DNA of 64,000 bases from a bacterium (GTDB taxonomy: Bacteria; Zhuqueibacterota; Zhuqueibacteria; Residuimicrobiales; Krinioviventaceae): the NCBI GenBank assembly GCA_963675755.2, contig CAXXMD010000003.1, positions 2,880,001 through 2,944,000 on the forward strand, read 5' to 3'. Shown one piece after another: positions 56,742-64,000 of this stretch. The notes under the pieces were generated by a model that made no database searches, was not told where the DNA came from, and saw nothing but the letters and a program-made list of their open reading frames with translations. The stretch's first letter is position 1, and each line of letters opens with the position of its first letter. A program made the translations under genes and the position numbers.

Positions 56742-59099
56742 TTGGAATCCTGTTATGAAACATTAGAGTTCCTTAAAATACGAGAAAAAATTGCTGCATG
56801 TGCAGCTTCTGTTTTAGGTGAAAAACTCGCCCTTGAAATCCAACCCATTCATGATACTCAAGAATTAACAATCATACAAACCCAGGTAACAGAATTACGT
56901 GATTTGAATGATTACGATCACGCTGTACCTATGGAAGGAATACAAGATATTGAAACCATTCTTAAAAAAGCAGGAATGGCCGGCAGTATTTTAGGTATTC
57001 ATGAATTGATTGCTGTTTATCAACAAGCTAATACATCAAGGCGATTAAGTAGTTATTTCTTTCAAAGAAAAGAAAAAATACCTCATTTTAAAAAAATCTC
57101 AGATAGGCTGATTATATTACCTGAACTGGAAAAAGAAATCAGTCGATGTATTGATATAAAAAGCACGGAAATTTTAGATAATGCGAGTCCTGAACTAGCA
57201 CAGGTCCGAAGTCAGATCAACCGGGTTCGTAACTCTATAAGACGGAAAATTGAGACCAAATTAAAATCCTTTGGTGAGCAAGGCATGCTGCAGGAGAATG
57301 TGATCAGTGTGCGCGATGGTCGTTTTGTACTTATGGTAAAAGACGAATACAAGCGCAAGGTTAAGGGATTGATACATGGCCAATCTGCAAGCGGCTCCAG
57401 TTATTTTATTGAACCCATGGATGTATTTGAAGAAAATAATCGTATCCGTGAATTGCTGAACGAAGAAGCCCGCGAAATTGAACGTATTTTGACTCAATTG
57501 ACCATACGTGTTCATGAGGTTGTTGGCGAGCTGAAAAGAAATGATAAAGTTCTTGCTCAAATTGATCTCTTTTATGCCAAAGCTGTATTTTCAAAATCTA
57601 TTAATGGCTTTCAACCCGAGCTGGTAGATAGTCCTGAAATCATGATAGCAGGCGGCAGACACCCTTTGCTCATTTTACGTTTGGGTGAATCGAATGTAGT
57701 ATCGCTTGATATCGAGTTGAGTAAAATATCTACTTTGATCATAAGCGGTCCCAATGCTGGCGGCAAAACAGTTGCTTTGAAAACCGTAGGATTGTTAACA
57801 CTCATGGCCCGATGCGGGTTACATATTCCTGCCAAGCCCCATTCACGTATTGGGAAAATAACAAAGATTTATGCAAATATTGGTGATCAGCAATCTATTG
57901 AAAATGATCTATCCACATTTTCATCACATGTTCAATCCCTTGCTGATATTGCCTCGAATGCGGATGAAAATAGCCTGGTGCTGGTTGATGAAATAGGAAC
58001 CGGTACTGATCCTGAAGAAGGTATAGCACTTGCCATTACACTATTGCAACGACTCACTGACAGACACGCATTAACCATAGTTACAACTCACCTGGGTGCA
58101 TTAAAGGCCTTTGCCTACCAAACTGACCGTGTTGAAAATGCATCTATGGAGTTTGATCGGGAAACCTTGCAGGCAACTTATAAATTTAGAACCGGTATCC
58201 CCGGTTCAAGTTATGCGTTTGAAATTGCACGTCGCATGGGTTTTCCTCCTGAATTGATTGAGGCTTCCCGCGAGCTGATTGGTTCGCACAAAGACCAGCT
58301 TGAAGGATTGATTGAAGATCTTGAGGAAAAGATACAATCTTATAATACATTGCTGTCAGAAGTAAGGATAAAAGACTCTGGCTTGAGCAGCCTTCAAAAG
58401 TTGTACACAGAGCGAAATGAAGCCCTGAAACGTGACGAGAAAAAAATTAAGCGTGAAGCTGTTAAAGAAGCTGAACAAATTATTGCTCAGGCTAACGCTT
58501 TGATTGAAAAAACTGTCAAAGAGATTAAAGAAAAAGAAGCTCGTCGTGAAGCTATACAAAATGCCAAGACAGTAATGAACGAACAGCAGCAAAAGATTAA
58601 GGTTATAAAAAAACAGGTTAGCGAACCAGAGCCGGAAGCTTTGATCTCAGTAGAGCCTGGCGATTATGTGAAATGGAAACACAGTACCAGCGTTGGTGAG
58701 GTGATTTCTCGGGTGGATAAAAAAGGCAAAGTCATGGTACAGTTGGATGGTGTAAAAATGCAACTGCCTTTGGCTGATCTTGAAAAAGCGAGTAAAAAGA
58801 AGAAAAAGCGAACCTCGGTAACACATATCAATGTTACTCAAAAAGAAATTATTACTCACGAGGTTGACCTTCGTGGGATGCGTGCTGAAGAAGCCAGATC
58901 CATAGTTGACCGGTTTATTGATGAAGCTTTAATGACCGGATTAAATGAGATTCGTATTATACATGGAAAGGGTACAGGGCGTTTACGACAGGACATTACA
59001 ACTTTTCTTAGTTCGCATCCACAGGTAACACAATTCAGGTTAGGGAACTGGAATGAAGGTGATTCTGGCGTTACTATCGCTACTTTGAAAACAAAATGA
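56742..59099 (+). CDS. mutS2: Endonuclease MutS2
   Basis: LEF.KI, S.SG...FIEP, ISGPNAGGKT, LSTFSSH, DEIGTGTDP.EG, C-terminal Smr DLRG...IIHGKGTG. Confidence 0.93.
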   Translation: MESCYETLEFLKIREKIAACAASVLGEKLALEIQPIHDTQELTIIQTQVTELRDLNDYDHAVPMEGIQDIETILKKAGMAGSILGIHELIAVYQQANTSRRLSSYFFQRKEKIPHFKKISDRLIILPELEKEISRCIDIKSTEILDNASPELAQVRSQINRVRNSIRRKIETKLKSFGEQGMLQENVISVRDGRFVLMVKDEYKRKVKGLIHGQSASGSSYFIEPMDVFEENNRIRELLNEEAREIERILTQLTIRVHEVVGELKRNDKVLAQIDLFYAKAVFSKSINGFQPELVDSPEIMIAGGRHPLLILRLGESNVVSLDIELSKISTLIISGPNAGGKTVALKTVGLLTLMARCGLHIPAKPHSRIGKITKIYANIGDQQSIENDLSTFSSHVQSLADIASNADENSLVLVDEIGTGTDPEEGIALAITLLQRLTDRHALTIVTTHLGALKAFAYQTDRVENASMEFDRETLQATYKFRTGIPGSSYAFEIARRMGFPPELIEASRELIGSHKDQLEGLIEDLEEKIQSYNTLLSEVRIKDSGLSSLQKLYTERNEALKRDEKKIKREAVKEAEQIIAQANALIEKTVKEIKEKEARREAIQNAKTVMNEQQQKIKVIKKQVSEPEPEALISVEPGDYVKWKHSTSVGEVISRVDKKGKVMVQLDGVKMQLPLADLEKASKKKKKRTSVTHINVTQKEIITHEVDLRGMRAEEARSIVDRFIDEALMTGLNEIRIIHGKGTGRLRQDITTFLSSHPQVTQFRLGNWNEGDSGVTIATLKTK

Positions 59100-59118
59100 T
59101 AAAATTACAGGATATATT

Positions 59119-59907
59119 ATGTTAAATACCGCAATACGTGCTGCAAAAGCGGCCAGTAAAATTCAATTAGAAAATCTGGGCAAGATTACATCCTCCCATA
59201 TCGATACAAAAAAACAATTTGATTTTGTGACTTTTGTTGATAAAACTTCTGAAGCGGCTATCATTGAAACCATCCAGAAAGAGTATCCTGATCACAGTTT
59301 TTATGGAGAAGAATCTCACAAACATGATGGCGGTGGACATCGTTGGATTATTGACCCACTTGATGGCACTACAAATTATATTCATGGAATACCTGTGTTT
59401 GCGGTTTCAATCGCACTAGAAGTAAATCATGAGATCGTACTGGGTGTTATATATGATCCTACTCGCGACGAATTATTTACTGCAGAAAAAGGCAAAGGTG
59501 CTTTTTTGAATGGTGATCCAATACAGGTGTCTGACATTGATGATCTGGGACTCGGTTTAATAACAACCGGTTTTCCTTTTCGTGCAAAAGAATATATTGA
59601 TATTTATTTACGTTCATTCAAAGAAGTATTGTTCAAAGCAAGCGGAGTTAGGCGACTCGGTGCAGCCGCTTTGGACTTTTGTTATATTGCATGCGGACGT
59701 TGTGAAGGCTTTTGGGAGATTAATTTAGGGCCGTGGGATGTTGCTGCAGGATCCATAATTATTCAGGAAGCTGGTGGAAAAATTACAGATTTCTCCGGTG
59801 GCAATAATCCCGTTTGGACAGGAAATGTGGTTGCATCTAACACTATTTTACATCAGGAATTATTACAAACAGTTCAAAATGTTTTCAAGGGACAGGTTGA
59901 CGAATAA
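59119..59907 (+). CDS. suhB: Inositol monophosphatase
   Basis: DFVT.VD, GEE, WIIDPLDGTTNY, GAAALD, PWDVAAG. Confidence 0.92.
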   Translation: MLNTAIRAAKAASKIQLENLGKITSSHIDTKKQFDFVTFVDKTSEAAIIETIQKEYPDHSFYGEESHKHDGGGHRWIIDPLDGTTNYIHGIPVFAVSIALEVNHEIVLGVIYDPTRDELFTAEKGKGAFLNGDPIQVSDIDDLGLGLITTGFPFRAKEYIDIYLRSFKEVLFKASGVRRLGAAALDFCYIACGRCEGFWEINLGPWDVAAGSIIIQEAGGKITDFSGGNNPVWTGNVVASNTILHQELLQTVQNVFKGQVDE

Positions 59908-60337
59908 TATTACAAGAATCATCCGTATAACGCTATACCTGGTTGTTTTATGTTTACTGGTATTGTTTGGAAGTTATAACAATCCTACCATTACGCTTGC
60001 AATGTGTGATGCTGATCCGATAAAATATGACAATGCGTTTCTGGAAATAGGAAATGAAATCACTGTAAAAACAATTTATCCGGATTCATTCATTGTTCAC
60101 CAGAACGGTAAACTGTACAAAGTTGTTGGTCGATCAAAAAATCTGATACCTAACCAGTTCATCTCGTTAAAAGCAAACTATCACCGGGATGGATGGCTCG
60201 AGCTGGTGGATTACCATGTGTCTGAAAAAAGACGTGTCAAAATTTGGGTGTCGGTTTTACCTGTCTTTATCGTATTGATAATATTTTTCAAACAATTTAG
60301 ATTTTCATTCAAGAACTTTTATTTTAAACGGGTATAA
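59897..60337 (+). CDS. Hypothetical membrane protein
   Basis: TTG 59897 overlapping the suhB end; two TM segments flanking a small beta-rich domain. Confidence 0.55.
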   Translation: MTNNITRIIRITLYLVVLCLLVLFGSYNNPTITLAMCDADPIKYDNAFLEIGNEITVKTIYPDSFIVHQNGKLYKVVGRSKNLIPNQFISLKANYHRDGWLELVDYHVSEKRRVKIWVSVLPVFIVLIIFFKQFRFSFKNFYFKRV

Positions 60338-60795
60338 TGGCCGATCTATTGACACATTTTGCGTTGGGTTATGCGACCAGTCGGCATCGTTCATTTGCTG
60401 ATATGCGTGCCATTTATTATCTCGGAATTATATTGCCCGATGTCATTACCCGTCCAATTTATATTTTATTTCCCGGCTTGTTTAATTACACAATTGCCAT
60501 GCATACACCTGTATTTCTGGTGATACTCTGTTTATTTCTTGCAGAATTCTTTCAGCCTCAAATCAGATCACTTGTGTTTAAATATTTATTTGCTGGTGTA
60601 ATAGTACATTTGCTGTTAGACTCAATACAACGCCACTTTATTGGTGGATATTATTGGCTGTTTCCGTTTTCATGGAAGACGTATGAGTGGGGACTGTATT
60701 GGGCCGATGCCCCGTTGAGATGGATACCGCTTTGGGTGATTTTAATAGCCGGCTATGAATTATTTATTCGCCTGCATCGCCATAATAACGATTAA
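60337..60795 (+). CDS. Membrane metal-dependent hydrolase (YdjM-like)
   Basis: LTH, LPD, H, HLLLD, LFPFS motifs. Confidence 0.7.
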   Translation: MADLLTHFALGYATSRHRSFADMRAIYYLGIILPDVITRPIYILFPGLFNYTIAMHTPVFLVILCLFLAEFFQPQIRSLVFKYLFAGVIVHLLLDSIQRHFIGGYYWLFPFSWKTYEWGLYWADAPLRWIPLWVILIAGYELFIRLHRHNND

Positions 60796-61789
60796 TTTCC
60801 CCTAAAATTTTGACTGCTTTTTCTTTTTTCTCCTTGGCCCTGTCCTTAATTTTTTCATCAGCATCAAGATCAATGGCCCTGTTAAGAAAAGATATTGCAA
60901 TAGAGTCCTGATCCAGTGCTTTATAGCATTGCCCCAATTTAAGGTTTAAAACAATTTCATTGTAATGATTATTTATGGATTCAGAAGAAACCGAGATGAG
61001 CAGTTTGTTGTATGTATCAATGGCTTGCTTATAATTTTGGGCTTTAAAAGAGGCATCACCCAGTGGCCATAAAAAGAACCTACTGTTATCAAAGTGTTCA
61101 AGACCTTTTTGAGAGATCTGGATAGCTTTTTCATACTCTTTTTCTTCTATATAAATCCATGCCAGATTTGATAAAGCTGCCCAACGTGTAAAGGTGCCTT
61201 TATCCAGTACCCATAATAAATTCTCTATGCCTTGTTCTCTTTTATCGGAAAAGAAAGGCAGCCATGAAAATTTACGTGTCAGATAACTACGCCAGTATTT
61301 ATAACTGCCAATTCCCAAATATGCATCATACCAGGTTTCATCCAATTGCAGGCATTTCTCAAGTTCATCAATTGAACTGGATGCTTTACGAATTGCAGAA
61401 AAGTATTTCTTGTCACGTGCAAGCTGATAACTGTGATAGGAACGGGCTGCACCCAGAAAGAAATGCGCCTCAGCGGATTCGGGGTGAGCTTTGACCAATT
61501 GTTCAGAGAGTTCAGTGGCTTTTTCTATATTCTCATAAAATTCATCTTTACCAACCTGGGTTTCAAAATCCATCATTTTAGATTGATAAGCCGCTGCTTT
61601 GAAAAAATATCCGGCAGGGTGAGAGGGGGCTAATTGAATAAGACTGTCAAAAAGAGCCAGAGATGTTTCGTATTCTTCCTCAATGCTTTTATCAATCCCC
61701 AATTGAACGAGCTCTAAATGCTTCATTCCGGTATTTGCGTAACCCAAAGAAAAAAGTAATAATATGGCTGTGATCAGTTTCTTTAACAT
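60764..61789 (-). CDS. Secreted tetratricopeptide-repeat protein
   Basis: Signal peptide; TPR-like helices (P..AEAHFFLG, DAYLGIG, A...Y..A). Confidence 0.75.
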   Translation of the reverse strand: MLKKLITAILLLFSLGYANTGMKHLELVQLGIDKSIEEEYETSLALFDSLIQLAPSHPAGYFFKAAAYQSKMMDFETQVGKDEFYENIEKATELSEQLVKAHPESAEAHFFLGAARSYHSYQLARDKKYFSAIRKASSSIDELEKCLQLDETWYDAYLGIGSYKYWRSYLTRKFSWLPFFSDKREQGIENLLWVLDKGTFTRWAALSNLAWIYIEEKEYEKAIQISQKGLEHFDNSRFFLWPLGDASFKAQNYKQAIDTYNKLLISVSSESINNHYNEIVLNLKLGQCYKALDQDSIAISFLNRAIDLDADEKIKDRAKEKKEKAVKILGEINRYYGDAGE

Positions 61790-61802
61790 AAGTGTCCTGA
61801 AT

Positions 61803-61831
61803 AAAAAAAAGCCCGCTAAAATTTAGCGGGC
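61803..61831 (-). terminator. Intrinsic terminator after the M23 gene
   Basis: GCCCGCTAAA/TTTAGCGGGC hairpin with an A8 run on the plus strand. Confidence 0.85.
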
Positions 61832-61859
61832 CTGCAATAACAATATTTTATAATAAATC

Positions 61860-62786
61860 TTATTCTTCAATAATATACTTCATTGGATCCACTTTTTTGT
61901 TGCTAACCCGTACTTCGTAATGCAAGTGAGGTCCTGTGGATCGACCAGTATCACCTACTTTGCCGATAATGTCGTAGCGTTTTACACGTTGACCGGGTTT
62001 AACCAGGGTACGATGCAAGTGACCATAAACGGTTCTAAAACCATAACCATGATCAACAATGATGTATTTTCCAAGACCTTTATTTGCAGTATATTTTGCA
62101 ACAACTTCAACAACACGACCGTCAGCAGCAACATGAACATCGGTCCCGCGTGGGGCACTGATATCAATACCATCATGAGATCTATATTGTTCAACAAAAG
62201 GGTCAAGTCTCAAACCAAATTGGGCAGAAATACGTCCAATAGTAACAGGACGAATAGAAGGGGTGTGTTTCAATAGTTGTAAATCTTCATTGTATTTGGT
62301 CATGATTTCATTACGACTACCGGTGGCCAGATCAACACGTTGTTCCATGTTGTCAACCATTCGCTGGATCTTTATTGCCTTATTCAACTCGTCATCGTCA
62401 ATAGATGTGAAATTGGCATAAGTATCCAAGTCATGACCACCAACACCCAGATTACGGGTATCACCGTCAATAGCAGGTAAATCTACAAAAACCCTCAAGT
62501 CATCGTCTTCTTTTTCAAGAACTTTGACTTTGGTTTCGATTTGGTCTATTTTTTGCCCCATCTCAGTCAGCAAGTGCTTTAACTGAGTATTTGATTTTTC
62601 AAGCCTGGCATTTTCGATATGATGAAAAAAATCAGTAAATGTTTGCAGGATAAAAAATACACATACCAGTACAAGAGTAAACGTGACAAAAGATAATCCT
62701 ACAATTTTTTTCCATCCTAAACTAATTTGCCTAACCTCTGATCCCCCCATCGAGAAATAGATAAGCTTAATTCGTTTATCTTGCAT
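61860..62786 (-). CDS. M23 family metallopeptidase with TM anchor and coiled coil
   Basis: HDGIDI, YGHL, GRSTGPHLHYEV. Confidence 0.92.
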   Translation of the reverse strand: MQDKRIKLIYFSMGGSEVRQISLGWKKIVGLSFVTFTLVLVCVFFILQTFTDFFHHIENARLEKSNTQLKHLLTEMGQKIDQIETKVKVLEKEDDDLRVFVDLPAIDGDTRNLGVGGHDLDTYANFTSIDDDELNKAIKIQRMVDNMEQRVDLATGSRNEIMTKYNEDLQLLKHTPSIRPVTIGRISAQFGLRLDPFVEQYRSHDGIDISAPRGTDVHVAADGRVVEVVAKYTANKGLGKYIIVDHGYGFRTVYGHLHRTLVKPGQRVKRYDIIGKVGDTGRSTGPHLHYEVRVSNKKVDPMKYIIEE

Positions 62787-62947
62787 AATGATCCTTAAAT
62801 TTCAATTCCATTGACCCATAAACATACATACTATTATCACACTCTTCCCCGGCAGGAATATAGATAAAGATAAGACAATTAGTCCAGTAAATATAATGAT
62901 TTCAAGTGCTTTTGTCAAGAAAAAAGTCTGATTTTCAAGCGCTTTGC

Positions 62948-63841
62948 TTATTCCAGATATTTGCGCAGTAACTTGCTTCTGGAGACATGCCTGAGGCGTT
63001 TTAAGGCTTTTTCTTTGATTTGCCGGACTCTTTCACGGGTGAGATTGAATTTTTCACCAATTTCTTCCAGCGTAAAAGAATTTTCATAGCCTATGCCAAA
63101 ATAGAGTCGTATAACTTCTGCTTCACGTTTGTTTAACGTATCCAAAGCCCGTTCTATTTCAATCATCAGGCTTTCTGAGATTAATAATTTGTCTGGAGAG
63201 GGGAGGTCCTTGTTTTCCAGGAGATCGATAAGTCGATTGTCTTCTTCAAGATTGAGTGGTGCATCAAGTGAAAGATATGCACCGGGAGAATTGAGTGCGT
63301 CAAGCACTTCATTCGGTTTTAGATTTAATTCTTTGGCAATTTCATTGGCAGAAGGTTCGCGTTCAAATTCCTGCTCCAAAACCGTAAAGATTTTTTCGAT
63401 TTTGTTCAATACACCGATTCTGTTCAAGGGAAGTCTAACAATACGGGCTTGTTCGGCAAGTGCCTGCAGAATGGATTGGCGGATCCACCATACCGCGTAA
63501 GAAATGAATTTGAAACCACGGGTTTCATCGAATCTGCCGGCAGCTTTGAGCAGACCAAGATTACCGGCATTAATCAGATCGCCCAGGGAGAGGCCCTGGT
63601 TCTGATATTGTTTTGCCACACTTACAACAAAACGAAGATTGGCCTTGGTGAGTTTTTCCAAAGCTTCATGATCTCCGTCTTTGATTCGCTTTGCACACTC
63701 GATCTCTTCGTCCGGAGTCAATAATTTAACCTGACTGATCTCACGAAGATATCTGTCTAGCGAATCTTCCGAATAACTGTTGGATCCTGAACCTTTACCT
63801 GCCACGATAGAACTCCATTCGCCAGGGACAAATCGTACCAA
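62948..63841 (-). CDS. RpoD/SigA-family sigma70 factor, short form without region 1.1
   Basis: [47 protein letters not shown]...TRERVRQI. Confidence 0.92.
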   Translation of the reverse strand: MVRFVPGEWSSIVAGKGSGSNSYSEDSLDRYLREISQVKLLTPDEEIECAKRIKDGDHEALEKLTKANLRFVVSVAKQYQNQGLSLGDLINAGNLGLLKAAGRFDETRGFKFISYAVWWIRQSILQALAEQARIVRLPLNRIGVLNKIEKIFTVLEQEFEREPSANEIAKELNLKPNEVLDALNSPGAYLSLDAPLNLEEDNRLIDLLENKDLPSPDKLLISESLMIEIERALDTLNKREAEVIRLYFGIGYENSFTLEEIGEKFNLTRERVRQIKEKALKRLRHVSRSKLLRKYLE

Positions 63842-64000
63842 CGTTTTTTCAATTTAGTAAAAAAAACTTTAATGTCAATAAAAAGAATTTGTATTTCTTA
63901 AATAAAAACAGGAACTTTTAATTGTATATTTCAATTAAATATTTAAAAAAGTACTTGATTTTTTTAGGTAATTTGTTGATATTTACCTGATAGCTGTAAT

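Overview
Chromosomal window from an AT-rich diderm, probably anaerobic bacterium of the FCB supergroup. The YPNPFN/FlgD-type sorting tails, gingipain-like C25 protein and short RpoD-family sigma factor suggest KSB1 or Calditrichota; this placement is inference. No rRNA, tRNA, CRISPR, prophage or transposase was recognised. Layout: (1) 1-11.4 kb, minus strand: a repair/LPS cluster (MutY with an intact Nudix box, AlkZ-related protein, GT9, NYN), a MazG-like protein, a double-cubane-cluster protein (DCCP) with its ATP-dependent reductase, and a glucuronokinase-like/lipase/SfsA/nitroreductase/deacetylase operon. (2) 11.5-45.5 kb, plus strand: amrB, PanG-like and EcfA genes, then a sensor-less sigma54 activator behind a sigma54 promoter, two sorting-tail surface proteins, and a 25 kb Wza/Wzz/Wzi/3xWzx/Wzy polysaccharide locus containing a ~1900-aa PorU/gingipain-like C25 protein. 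(3) A DnaA-box/IHF/SOS-box-like intergenic region at 45.5-45.8 kb. (4) Housekeeping genes (eno, ftsB, Omp85s, rsmE, hinT, rpsU, yqeY, cvpA, mutS2, suhB, M23, sigma70). Best novel candidate: an unannotated 25-codon upstream ORF (6574-6497, minus; MKLLFYQCN-UGA-QPIKGLVSSFLSLFS). It has an fdhF-like SECIS hairpin after the in-frame UGA and lies in a structured leader that can sequester the DCCP ribosome-binding site, suggesting a selenocysteine leader peptide or selenium-sensing attenuator. Second candidate: a sortase-like C25 protein co-located with glycan genes and possible cargo proteins.
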